DNA of 64,000 nucleotides, taken from the NCBI GenBank assembly GCA_024704765.1, contig JAKMXF010000295.1:478109-542108 (forward strand), written 5' to 3'. Below, piece after piece: positions 40,711 through 53,547 of this stretch (within the stretch, counting starts at the first letter, position 1; each line of letters opens with the position of its first letter). Source of the stretch: Oopsacas minuta. Taxonomy: Eukaryota > Animalia > Porifera. The translations under genes were made by a program, and so were the position numbers. The notes beneath the pieces were generated by a model that was not told the origin of the DNA, made no database searches, and worked only from the letters and a program-made list of their open reading frames with translations.

Positions 40711-43700
40711 GGGAGCTAGCCAACTCGTACCAATTTCAACTCGTATCGTACATCACCTCATACTTAATATCAACTAGTCCCTAATCATCTCGTTCTAGTA
40801 TCAACTCGTCCATACCAAACTTTCCCTGGACATTTGCTAATATTCTGGAAACCCAAATTTTTCTCGCTCGATACGCTCGCTCGTCAAAAATTTACAAAAG
40901 ACGTCACTTGTATCGTAATTTATTCTATCATGAAAAGTAGTTACATACACATACATTGGCTGACTGTCCAGGGATTTCCCTAGACAAATGCACTCAATCC
41001 CTGTAGGCCTGGACAAATCTAGAAAAAGGCCGAAATCCCTGGACGGTTGACAGGTATATACACCTCATTGAAAATTTTCGCCAAAGTTAATGCTAACGCT
41101 GTATACTCTCGATATTTAAATATTTCAATCCACATCATTACTCCCAAGTTAATCATTATTACAAATACATGGCGCATTTACTACAAGTGTAATTTATGTG
41201 GTATGAATACTTTGTTAGGTTAGTGTATATACGACACCATTTCGTGTTATTTAATTAGCCTATTCAAAATGATCCTGCTGCAATTGTTCTTTAAAACCAT
41301 TTAACTACAATCACAATGGTACAAATAATCATCACGAGACGACTTGTCTAAATAATATACACTAAGTGGACGTACATTTACAACCTAATAATGTCACTAC
41401 TCTACATCGAATGTGGAGAAATTTTTAGATCTAGAGAACAATGATTACAATGCGAGCCATGTGGAGGGTGGATTCATCGCGTGTGTGGAACGGGTGTATC
41501 TCAACAAACATACAGGGATGCGGTACGAAACGATTTGAGCATCAACTGGCTGTCTGTTTCTTGTCGCAATGAAGACATTCATCCAGAAGATAAACAACCA
41601 ACCTTAGCACACAGTATAAACAATAGCATTAGTTTCATGCCTGATGCGAGTAGTACTCCTGTACATTCTTCGCCGATCAACATACAACAGGAAAGTGAAC
41701 AACTGGACTTAGCCACTTCACACAGTATTAACAGTATCATCAGTTCTATGCAAGGTGCACATACCATAGGAACTCTGAATAATACCGGTTCGATTCTAAA
41801 CTCATCTAGGAGCTCATTCAATATGGGAATAATAGATAATACATCTATATATTCACAAGAAGAGTCTCTGAATGATGATGAGACTGTTAATGCTCATCCT
41901 TCGGAAAACAACAGGTTGTATATGAAATTGTGAATACAGGGAGCCAAAGCAGAAAGCCAATATTATTGATTGTAGAGGAAACAGTTTCACTATGAAGGTT
42001 TGGGAGAAAAATGTTACAAGATGGACTTGTTCAAGACGAAGTCCACCAACAATTGCAAAGCTACAGTTTCCCAAACTGGATATACATTTATACCTGATGA
42101 GTTATTTATCATGAAAAATCTAATGTTAACTTCATTCTTAAAATGCTTTTAGTACCACAATCACATTCTCATCAGTCATCTGGAGGTCTCTTAGAAAGTA
42201 CTCAATTCAGAGAAGAAGTTAAACAGCAAGGCAGTTCCCGAATATTTAGATCCGCATAATCAATTGTTGATGATGTTCTCATTGAGAAAGTGACTCCTAG
42301 CATGCCATTAGAATCATTACCATCACCTACAGCTTTAGCTCAAGCAGCTAACAGATATCGGTAACGGCTTCGCCCTGAAGACCCTAAGACATTTAATTTT
42401 TATCTTTCACTTGAACATTTACCAACGGGATTCGTACAAAAAGATATTTTATCGGACACATGTAGACACATAATCTTAGCAACTGGATCCATGCTTCAGC
42501 TACTCTCGCGTGCAAAGTGTTGGCAGCTTGATGCAACATTTAAGGTAGTAAAGGAACCTTTTGTTCAGTTATTTTCAATCCATGTATTTATTAAGCATGG
42601 GACCGTATGTAAACAGATTCCACTTTTACTCGTTCTCATGTCACGCCGTAATATAATTGATTACGATATGATTCTAAACGAAGTTTGCAATCTTTTACCA
42701 ACCCCGCCTGTTGTTACGCGAATGGTACTTGATTTTGAAAAAGCTTTTTGGGTTACAATTTTCTCAATCTTTCCAGAAGTATGCTTGATGGATGCGTATT
42801 TCATTGGGTACAGGCAGTTTGGAGCAAAATACAAGATATCGGACTAGTGGTTCCCTACAGGTAAATAATTTATTTTCTGTGTATATTTCTCAATAATAAA
42901 TAGATGTTGCAGCCCAACTGCGAATTGACTAAATTCGCAGTTGGGCTACAGCATAGACACTTTATTGCGATACGTATGTATGATTTAGAAAGATGATCCA
43001 ACTCGTAAATATGTGAAACGATTGATGAGTCTGCCATATTTACAAGCAGAACATATTGTGGAAATGTTCATGAAGTTGCGCCAAAAGGCAGGAACTGATA
43101 CATTAGTTGAATTAACAAACTATATCTATACTACCTGGATTTCAAATTGTATTTGGACTCCCTATTCTTGGAGTGTTTATAATTAACTAATAAGAACTAA
43201 TAATGATGTGTAAGGTTGGCACTTCAGGTTAAATAGAGCTGCAACAAGGAATAGTCTGTGTTTTATTGACTGGTAGAACTACTATCAAGAGAGGTAAGAA
43301 AACCAACTAATGTATGCATACTTTACTATAATCAACTCTGGTTAAGGACCTTAGGCAACACTTCCCTAAACTCTAAAGTTAATCTTTGGTTTGAATAACG
43401 TGAATAATTAATAAACGATATTGTTTATTCAAATATTAAATATTGGGAAAGATGGTCGATCAACAGGTCCGACTTGTGCATGAAGAAAAGATAACAAGAG
43501 GCCAAAGTTGTCGCATCGTTGGATTCAAAACAGACTATGCAATGCATGGGAAGAATATCAATTAGCAACGATGACACTACGAGATTCCAAAAGACTGCTT
43601 GATAGATGTACCCATCTAGCTGGGCCCACAGAATAGCTCAACACATATTTACTTCACGTATATTCTATAAAAAATATATTATTGTTTGCCACAAGTAGTA

Positions 43701-43978
43701 AAAACATTCCCATTGTTTAATATTAATATCAAGTTATTAATTAATCAAATTTGAGATTAAGTTGATGAACATGAACAAGACTGTTATAGAGTAGATACGC
43801 GTAAGAGTTGTCCAAAAAAATGGGACGACTTGACTATGAAATTAGGGACGAGTTAATCGAAAAAATAGGTATGAGTTGACCAAAAAAAGACACGAGTTAA
43901 CCAAAATAAAAGGCGGTTAGTACTGAAAATAGGCACGAGTTGAACAAAAATAATAGGGACAAGTTTACTTGTAATCCC
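40711..43978 (+). mobile_element. Mutator-like element (PHD-FLYWCH-MULE), decayed
   Basis: Repeated CAACTCGT(A/C)C motifs at 40711-40820 are mirrored by G(G/C)ACGAGTT motifs at 43820-43978. The ends are approximate and no TSD was confirmed. Confidence 0.7.
41391..43640 (+). pseudogene. MULE transposase pseudogene with an N-terminal PHD finger, a FLYWCH-like domain and two probable introns
   Basis: The PHD reads YIEC..QCEPCGGWIHRVC..WLSVSC, and the FLYWCH-like part reads RWTCSRR. The catalytic region has WQLDATFKVV, VLDFEKAFW and RTNNDV*GWH. GT..AG segments at about 42861-43028 and about 43294-43450 break the coding similarity. Confidence 0.85.
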
Positions 43979-44940
43979 TTATATGATTAAAAATTGTGAA
44001 TTTCTCTTCATTATCTTCTTCCGTAGTCTAAATAGAAATATAGTTAATTGAATGAGAAATTAGGCAAAGAATCCTTTGAAGTACATAATAGTTAAGTCCC
44101 AGCGAAAGCAAATTATGTTTGAACGATATCAACTATTCTACATATGATTAATTTGAACCTTTGTGGCCCACTCTAGACATTGCGGACCTACTTCAATGAA
44201 CCGCCTATTACCACCAACCCATAACTATGTCTATGCACAAAAGGAAGGTGGTTACTCGTGGGAGGGGTGATAAATAATAAGTACTACAGTATATTTATAA
44301 CTTAATTTCAGGAAATTATGAATGCAAAATAACATGCCATTTGTTTAGCCCCACCATTGATTATCTCCTTCCTTGTTGCCCCTGATCAGGAGGATAATCT
44401 ATTATATGAGAACATATTCAGGAGATAATCGATTAAAATAATATCTATGAGGGATAATTTATTACATTAAAATATATCCAGTGAATAATTTGTTATGATG
44501 ATAAAATATTACATAATACCCAAACAAAATGGTCCTAGTTGCGCCTATGTATCTATGATTAAAAAATATGGTGGAAAATCTAATTTTTCCGTCACGCCAA
44601 ACATCCTAAATAGACTAATAGGATAGCCATATTAATAAACTTTTTGTGTGTGGGTGAGACAGATAGTGGATATCACTCTAGGTTTTTCTGCGCCCCTAAA
44701 TAAAACTCTTCTATCTATAAATCTAATAGGATATGAATCAAGAAAGATTTTTTATGTTATTAGATGGAAGAGAATTATTAAGAAGATACAGTAACAGGAT
44801 TAATCAGTTTAGAAATATTATAGTAAAACCAAATCTTTCGTGGTTGGAATCCCTTTAAGGAAAATATTACGATTATTACGATAATGTTCCGGGTCGAGTC
44901 TTCCATATGATTCTTGAAATGTTGAAGAATTATTCAAAGG

Positions 44941-45585
44941 TTATATAGAATTTGTTTTGTCCCATTTCTTTTTCAAGTTTTCACGCAATCCATAGTTAAT
45001 GGGATTTGGCAATTGATTTTGTTTCAATTTTTCTGGACCCCACGATAATGTATGCCGGTTCCAATATCTAACTGAAGATAGAGGTTTGATATCATCAACA
45101 GAGAGTTTCTTAAAGTCATCTAAATATGTAGTGTCTTGAGATTGAGAGTGTGATTTGTGAAAGGAAGGGTGACTAAAAAAATGGGTGTTAGGAAGCCCAA
45201 AATCTCGCATAGACGACTTAATTCTAGAACTTTTGTCAGAGCAATATGGAAAATACGTAGGGAAATCTTGCTGATAGATGCTCTTTTTAGAAGAATGTAA
45301 TGGGACACTGTAAATCTTGTCTTCAGACCAATTTCCAACTAAAACATTGGTAGTGTATTTCGGTTCGTGAATCCAGCCAGAAAATGGTACTTTATTATGA
45401 GAAAAACGATTAGAATTATAGATAGAACATGAAAATGGGCAAGTCATAAAGGCTAAAATTGCGGGAAACAAAATAACTTTAACGATCAACGAAATCCGCA
45501 ATATTATGGATAGCTGCCAATCATACACGGATTCCCCTGACAGTGTGGGAATTTTCCCATTCCACCAATTTGTCCAGGTGTTCAT
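44941..45585 (-). CDS. CFAP107: Cilia- and flagella-associated protein 107 (C1orf158) homologue; the likely start is ATG 45447
   Basis: The motif series WIHEPKYTTNVLVGNWSE, SIYQQDF, GLPNTHFFSH, TTYLDDF, VRYWNRHTLSWGPEK and PINYGLRENLKK is collinear with remembered human C1orf158 (WQIETKYSTKVLTGNWMEE..SIYRKEY..GLPYKHLITH..LRTWNGQKLLWLPEK..PTNYGLYEQLKQ). Confidence 0.85.
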   Translation of the reverse strand: MNTWTNWWNGKIPTLSGESVYDWQLSIILRISLIVKVILFPAILAFMTCPFSCSIYNSNRFSHNKVPFSGWIHEPKYTTNVLVGNWSEDKIYSVPLHSSKKSIYQQDFPTYFPYCSDKSSRIKSSMRDFGLPNTHFFSHPSFHKSHSQSQDTTYLDDFKKLSVDDIKPLSSVRYWNRHTLSWGPEKLKQNQLPNPINYGLRENLKKKWDKTNSI

Positions 45586-47104
45586 GAACTATGGTTCTTA
45601 TAAAACAAAACATTCAGCGGCGCCCACAAGTAGACCCAACATACATTCATGCATATACAAAATTCAGCTGGACAGGATTTTTATCATTTTAGTATTCCAA
45701 AAGAGTTATATTAGCAGCGGATCCCAAACTTCACCTAAACGTGAAACTCAAAAACTGAGATTCGCATGAATAGTGATAACCTTCAAAGCATTAGTGCATA
45801 TATTGGATTTTTCCTGTAAGTCAGGCAGCTCAACAAGTGACACAACTACTTAGCAAATGTTGTCTCAGCAATTAAATTCCCATCTGAATTTTGATAATGG
45901 AAAAATAATACTCAGAACGTCCTCTTCCCGAATAATTTCAAGACACTGGGTCATAATGCTGATTAACCAAACTCTCAACCTTAAGCAATAAATTTTGAAA
46001 TTCAAAACCTAAAACCACAAATGTTAATTCTTAAATCAGTTGATATATTATAGCATGCAAGGCTTTGGGTGCAATTCAAATGGATTTATGAATATCCACT
46101 CTCTATACACGACCAATTTACATAGTCTATCTTTCTAAATTTATTTCTCAATAATTTCTAGACCCGCTTAAGGCGCCGAATTAAATTTTCTGGACACTAA
46201 ATGTATGTAGTATGTATTTTTAGAAAATTTTCAATTTTTGTTATAACATTCTTAAAGGCATTTCTACTTCACAATACACACAATGTCTATCTATAAAAAT
46301 TTAAGGACAAAAATGACGTCATCTGTTTGCTTAATAGACAAATTTTTTAACCATAATGCTCCGGTTGAAGTCCTGAAATATAGATAATCCAAACATTTAC
46401 AGCTCCAAAATCCACACTATACTGTGGGGTCTAAGGATGTTTCCATGCTGAATACAAAATTGGCCTGATAATGTTGTCGAGTTCCAGAAATATATTAATG
46501 ACCATGAATGACACATTATTTCCCATAAGCCCCATATTCGCCAATAACTTGAAAACCTCCAATGCACAGTTGCAAACCTTGATCATATAATATTAACGTT
46601 GACTATCCTTGAAGCAATTCTATCCCTAAACTCCTGGTTTGCTAATTTCTGCATTAATCATTTCTTCCATAATGTATTTCACGTTGTAATAGTTTTCTTT
46701 CTGATATACGTAATAGAGTTACTGGCCTTGCTGCGAAAGGTGAAGGTGAAAGTTATTGACCAAAGGCGATCGTTATATTTGTTTGAAATTAATATAGCTT
46801 GAAAAAAAAAGAATTGATTTTGAACTTAGATTTGGATTACTTTGGATCTGGTTGTATATTATGTGACTGCCAGATCTATCTAAAATTCTAAACCATCTGC
46901 AAGTTTGAGAGTAAGATGAAATTAACTGGAATCTACAGGTTGAATTGAAGGATACTCTAAGTTGTCTTCTGGACTATGATGGCTCCTGTGGAAAATCCAA
47001 GCTCATCACTGAAAACCTTCAGGGTTTCATACCGGATTTTTTGCTGGGAGGGGAAACGATTGATCACACGCTATAAAGCACACTTTCCTATGTAAATACT
47101 ACAA

Positions 47105-47554
47105 ACGAGTGTGAAGTTAGCGGAATATTCGACTAGCAGTACTTCAACCATTAATTTGACCAACTTCCCATAGTCAGAATGTAAATATCTTTAGGCCATT
47201 CGAAAGAAGAGATACGGACGTTTCTGAAAATAAATTTATATTTTATAAACTTTAATTTTTTCTAATAGAAATTGGTGCATCTAACCAGCAGTAGTTCACA
47301 TATGAATTTAGTATACTTAAACAAATTATTTTTTCCTGAAATCATGAGCATGCATTCCTGCTGTATGGATGTTTATATGTTTAAAATATTATGGTAAAAT
47401 AAGCAAAACTTTTTGAGATGTCTACATTCGAAAACTGGCTTGTTAGAATCGAGTCTCTATTAGATTTGTTCTAAGCACACAAATTTAATGAAACATTCTA
47501 ATCCATTCTAACAATAGTAACGCATATAGATTACTGCAATATCAACTGTTTGAT
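47105..47554 (+). repeat. Left long TIR of the foldback-like MULE
   Basis: It is the reverse complement of 53977-54423 with only scattered mismatches; similarity stops abruptly after ..ATCAACTGTTTGAT. Confidence 0.95.
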
Positions 47555-47989
47555 CTCAGTTGACTCACTATGAATTACTCAAAGATCTGAATATAATTTC
47601 AATTAATGCCATTCCATTTTACTTTCCATATATTCCAAAATAGATTAAATAATGCTTAAAGTTTAAATATCCAGTAGAAATGAATAATTCGGAATTATTT
47701 GCTAATTTTCAATGACTTAATCAACTAATGTTAGATGTACCATGAAATCATTCTAATAATATACATATTCACATGATAACTTCCCCATTTGAAATACAAA
47801 ACACTGTTGCTGAAGTGTAAACCTCTTGAAATAGTCCTTTAGTATTTGTATCAATATTACCTTATATTTCATCCATTCAGTAACAAACTCATCAATCGTG
47901 AAAGATTTTTTTCATCAAAAAATCTTTCACGATTCTATAATTCCAAACTCTAATACAAGTCTTATCGACTTAGGTTTGTTGTCCATTTT

Positions 47990-49140
47990 CAATATACAGT
48001 TTTTCTCGAATAGTACTCCATGACTATTATATATTTCGAGGTTCCTTCAGGGGGGCGATTATTCCAAGAAGGACTACCTACTATTCGAGGAAAAAGGTAT
48101 CTAAATTCTGCCCTATATCAAAGATTGTAGTATTTTCTCCACATTTAGAATCATACTTTCGTCTCGACCCTCCTTCAATGGAACCAAATAGTTTCATTAC
48201 TTCAAGTGGAATCAATATTTCAAAATGTAACTTCCTTTCTTCCTATTTAAATTATTTCCGTCTCATCGGAACACGTGCTTGATGTGAATAATCAATTGGT
48301 ATAACAAAAGTTAGATTTATCTTAACACGTTTTCTGGTGAGTACGGCGCATATAGTATTTTTATGTTCCTTTTTAGTTCCACGAGACCTTCAGCTGTTAC
48401 TTTTGTATATTGAATCCACTTTCAATTCATACAAAGAGGTTGCGAGTTCACTTTCTGTTGGTCCTAGCGTTAGTGATTCTATTTGGGGCATTATTTGTAA
48501 AAAAACTACATGGCCGCAATAATCCGGCTCAACGAAATCTATTTATTCGAAATGGAAAAATAATTCACACAATATGCGTGTGTCATTCGAGCGAATAATC
48601 GATCTATCAGTCTCGCCTCAGCCATCTATAGATTTCCTACCGTGTAAATCGCTTTCTCTATGTCCACCACCTCCACAAAGTACAACCAAATCGTTAATTG
48701 TGGTTATGGTCTCGACTCTTTCTCAATAGTGGATTTACCATCTCTTCAAACTGCCACAATTTATCGAGATATTGTCCATTGCCTAGAATCTGCGTCTTCT
48801 TTTCATGATAATCATGAAGGAATATGTTGGGAGTCAATTGAACAGGATTTGTTAGATGATAGGCAAATGGTAATTGGTCTTCAGCTGCATCAGGCCCATC
48901 TCATTACTATGATTTGAGAGATGAGCAATACAGTATCGACCTTTGCGGATGTAATGATAGTAGTAGTTTAGTCGAATATTATTATTACAACAATCACTAG
49001 GCTCAGTTGTGGATTGATGGTTGTAACTTTTACCGTTATCGGAGTCCAAATTCTTACGAATGTTTTTGGGAATTTGAAAGTATTGAATTTGTACAGTGTA
49101 GTTCATTCGTAAATAATTTTCCAAAAAGTCAGTATGCACA
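47990..49140 (-). pseudogene. Degenerate second ORF of the MULE, family not identified
   Basis: Long protein-like minus-strand stretches lie in shifting frames: YHLTNPVQLTPNIFLHDYHEKKTQILGNGQYLDKLWQFEEMVNPLL, INDLVVLCGGGGH, DYCGHVVFLQIMPQ and ERKLHFEILIPLEVMKLFGSIEGG. Confidence 0.4.
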
Positions 49141-49230
49141 TCTAGTCATTGAGCAGACAGCCATGTTGCTAATGTGGATAGTTCTACTTAAAATTGATTG
49201 TAAATCAGCTATTTTGTTTGAGAATAAGTA

Positions 49231-50575
49231 CAGGGTGTAACAAAAATATTGTCATCATTTTAATATACACTAAATTCAAATTCCACTTTCGTATACAGCC
49301 CTCGCTATTGATTTCTCTCAGTAAATATGAGTTTATACTACTTAGTTAAACTCGAGTGAAGTCAAATCTTACATAAATATATTTATGGAATTATTTTCGT
49401 CATTTTGGAAATTTCTACTTAATTGTTGTGATATGAATGTCCAGGATTACGGATTATCTTTAAGATCTCAGGCATTGGGAATGCTTAAAGCAGGAGAAAC
49501 GCCTAAAAAGGTTGCTCAAGTGTGGAATGTCAATATTCGATCAGTTCAGAGATGGGGGCGTGGCGATAAATTGGGATTTTCAATGGAATCAAAGCCTAAG
49601 TCTGGACGTCCGCCGAAAATTGATAGAGTTGCGAAAATTGTCATCGCAAAGTCTTTGGGGAAGAGAAGGCAATCTACACGAAAGCTAGCTCTGAGATTAA
49701 CGAGAAGAGGTTGTGATGTCTCTCACACCTCTGTACATCGATATTTAAGAAAGTCTCTAGGTACTACGCCATTTAAAAGGCCGAAAAGGCCTCGATTGAC
49801 CTTGAAAATGAAGAAAAACCGGATCGAATTTGAGCAGAAACACAAGGATTGGACTGTAGAAGATTGGAATAGAGTCCTGTAGTCGGATGGATCTCCATTG
49901 GAATGGTTTCCACTCCAAACAGACAGAATGACCGAGTTTAGAGCAAGGATTCTGGTTCAATCAAACCCTGCACAAAGATAAAATTTCCGGCGAAAGTTCA
50001 CGTTTGGGGCATTGATGTCTCACCAAGCCCTATCTGAGCTGCATGTTATACCTCAGGGGCAAACTATTAATGGAGAGTACTATCGTACGAAGATTTTGGC
50101 TGGATCTTGCAAAGATGCGATCAATAGAAGAGCAAAAATGGATCGGTTTTACAGCGGGGCCATGACTTCAAAGATGTCCGAGATAATTTTTATGCAAGAC
50201 GGGGCTCCCGCTCTTACGGCCAAACTAACGCAAGAATGGTGCAAATAGAATCTTCCAGCGTTTTGGCAGAAATCGGAGTGGCCTGGGAACTCACCTGACC
50301 TCAATCCCATTGAAACTTATGGTCAATAGTGAAAAACAAATTAGAAGAGTTTGAGCAAGCAAACACCGTGAATAACCTCGTCAAAAATTTGGAAAAGGCA
50401 TGGAGTGGTATTTCAGGAGATGATTTGCAAAATATGGTCTCCAGTATGCCTAGGCGAGTAGCACTCGTATTAGAAAGACAAGGATACTATATTGGGAAGT
50501 AATAATGTAATAATTGTTGTATTTTGCTTATGTTTGATTCATTATATGAAACGACACTACTTTTGTTACACCCTG
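49231..50575 (+). mobile_element. Tc1-like DD37E element, 1345 bp, nested in the MULE; transposase at about 49433-50502 with stops
   Basis: The TIRs CAGGGTGTAACAAAA(A/G)TA(T/G)TGTC match at 21/23 and have TA flanks. MQDGAPAL..GNSPDLNPIE gives exactly 37 residues. Confidence 0.95.
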
Positions 50576-50859
50576 TACTTGCTTCTGACCAAAGATCAGA
50601 TGAGTTTATTTATTCATTGGGTAGTCAAATTGCGAGACCAGTTTTCCTGTATTGGTATTGAGGCATTTAAAGCCTCTATACTAATTGCATTAATGCTAGG
50701 ATATGCGGAATAGAAATTTCCCCGGATTGTCACCTGCTCCTGGCTCTGAAAAATACTCCTCATCTTCCTGTTGATGAGGATTTTGAAGATGAAGATCCTA
50801 TCAAATGCAATAATATTATCTCAAATACAGTTAATGACCAAATAGCCCCGTTATCTGAT

Positions 50860-52700
50860 AAATCTGATGTATTTCTTATGACACCAGAGTCAAACGTCAA
50901 TGGAGAATTTCTTCTTGAGATTGGTGAATGGGATAGTATTCATTTTATCGATTTACAAGGTAGAGATATGTTGAATAGAGATTGGACAGCTGTGTTTAGC
51001 AATAAAATATCTAAAACATATCCAGCATGTGTTCTTAAATTTGACAATTATTGGTTTAAAAGTCTTCCAGCCGAAAAATAAATGCGCCCTACTTTCGAGC
51101 ATCTGCTGAATGCAAGTTGTATAATTGTTACAAATTTGAGTTTTGTGTTGACGAGCTTGTAACTACGAATACATTCACAATACAATATGTAGTAAGTGGT
51201 TCACTCCCCTTGCAACATTCTGATGGAGAGACTGTACATGCACGTCATATATCTGGTAGTTTGCGAAAAATTTATGGAGAAAGTCTTCAGCACACATTTC
51301 TCACAAATATTTTTCATAAACAGTTCAACTTTCAAAGTAGCTCAATGGAATATTGTAGAGGTAATTTTTCTAACCTGAGGTCTCAAGAATGCTCCAGACA
51401 GCTAAAAACTGAAGCTATATCATCTAATAGATTTCTAATGATCTAATTACAGATATTTCTATCACACAAGAATATTATCGTAAGTTATTGAGTGAAAAGC
51501 CAATACCTGGTTACATTCAATATTTTGTTAAGGAACCCTTCATTATGCATCTATATATGAAAAGGCAGATAGAGGTGTTGAAATATTTGACTAAAGATAT
51601 AGTTTTGCATTTGGATGCTACAGGTTCCATTATACGTAAACTTCAGCTTTCCACCAAATCTATTTAGTATTATGCTTTAACTCTACAACATCCCGACTAC
51701 CACATTACACCTATCCCTGTAGCAGAAATGATAAGTTCGGACCAAGGAACTGCTGAGATAACCCACTTCCTTAACAAATGGTACTTGAATTCAAAGTTAA
51801 TTCTACACAAATAAATATTCATAACAAGAGTGGAAATAGATTACAGTTGGGCATTGATTCATAGCACATGTATCGCATTTAATAAAATTAATATTTTAGG
51901 GTATTTAGAGAGTTGTTGGAGAAATGTAAATTCAGACGAAAGATCGATTGATGTGGATGTCTTCACTGTAATTCATTTATGCTACTCACGTAGTGCATAA
52001 GTTGAGTCAGAACTTGTCAAAAACATTCAAAATCGATAAAACTCTAAAACAACTAATCCTGCATGTCTTTGCTGCAATTTTGAGAAGTATTACGATGAGA
52101 GAAATAAATTGACTTTTCATATTACTGTGTGATGTTTTATCTGTTGAGCATTCAACCGAAATTGTCAGTTCAAGTTTAGTAGAGTTAAACGATTTAATGA
52201 AGGGTAAAATAGAATTACAGTTAGAAAACGAAGGAAATTTGAACTTGATACTGATACAAAAGAGAATCCTACCGCTTATCGTTGTAAATCACCATTTGGT
52301 AGACATTTCGATACTCTGAGAAAAAATAATTGCACAGATCATGTAATTCACAAAGGCAATCGATCAAATCCATGTTATTCTCTGGAAGTTTTAGAATATC
52401 TGCTGACATATTATATGCAATTGTTCCTCTTTGGACTGGAATTATATTGTCTAGGAGCAATGAAAACCTGTAAGGCTAGTAATGCAAATGCAAAAAATTG
52501 GTTCAGAATAGTCAAACATCCAATTTTAGAAACGAAGGTAAACCTAAGAGCTGGCGATTTTATACGTACAATGTATGAATATGTGAATGACAGAATTGAT
52601 GCATTTAATTTTGGATTTCATCCTTTGACTACCAACATATTTAAAAGTAGGAAAAGGAAATTAGAAATACAAAATTAAGAAAATTCGAAAGGAAAATGGT
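50860..52700 (+). pseudogene. NOF-like MULE DDE transposase pseudogene
   Basis: The motifs are VLHLDATGS (D at 51614), YYALTL..PIPVAEMISS..EITHFLNKW, VEIDYSWALIHS (D at 51839) and SNANAKNWFRIVK (expected catalytic E reads K). There are multiple stops and frameshifts. Confidence 0.75.
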
Positions 52701-53094
52701 GTCGCAGAAGTATATACCAACAGAGTTACATCAATCCTAATCTAAGTAGGGTAGATAAAGTTTTTGAAGCAATAAATGTAAATCAAACGCGAGGGAAAGC
52801 TAATAATAAGAGAAAAAATTCTGATTTTGTAATTCCACACAAAAAAGGAATATTAACAAAGATTCTGTAAGATTCACGAGCCCAATGTTGTCCTCTCAGT
52901 TAATAACGTTGAAATTATAACAGATTTGGATCTAATAGAATTGTGCACTTTAAATTATGATCTTCCAAGTTATAATCCCATCTCCCACACAGGAAAGTTA
53001 GATATTTGTAACACATTACTTAATGTCAGGGTAAGTCTAGGAATAAATAATATTAATAGTCAAATGAACAGGCCGTTGAATTATTTTATGCCTA

Positions 53095-53547
53095 GCAGAA
53101 CTCAGTATATTCCTGGAGATGGGAACTGCTTATTTTCTTCCTTAGCATATTCCGTGTCAGGTTCGTCAGATAATTCTCATATAATACGTAATGCATTGTA
53201 GACAGTATGTCAAGTTCGCTAAAAGAAAAATGTGGAAAATTTATTACTAACAAATACCCAAATTCTTATAGGAACACAATAGATTATATAAATAAAACAA
53301 ACATCAAAGGCAATGGAGTATGGGTGGAGATTTGGAACTATTTACAGCAGCGCTTCTACTTAAGACTGACATATGGGTGTTTATGAAAGAGACTGGAAAT
53401 AGTTGGAATGTATTCTCCGGCAAAGGTTCTTCATTTGATGAGGTATTGAATCCGCCTCCCGCTAATGCTAATGGATCAATATATATTGTACATACAGGTA
53501 ATCACTATGAACCTGTTTTAGAAATTTTAGACAAGATTATAGTATAG
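53095..53547 (+). pseudogene. OTU-family cysteine-protease (deubiquitinase-like) domain inside the MULE
   Basis: The Cys box is IPGDGNCLFSSLA (TGC at 53127), the central motif is W(G)GDLE, and the His box is GNHYEPV (CAC at 53503). Two 1-bp deletions break the frame. Confidence 0.85.

Noticed and set aside
41605-41760. Duplicated peptide HSINNSISFM / HSINSIISSM in the MULE linker
   Set aside because: It is a short internal duplication in a low-complexity linker, with no sign of an array.
49007-50713. Removing the nested Tc1 joins two plus-strand ORFs in frame (..FENKY|LLLTKDQ..), about 120 aa
   Set aside because: There is a one-in-three chance of an in-frame join, no recognisable motif is present, and it may be the antisense of the minus-strand accessory ORF.
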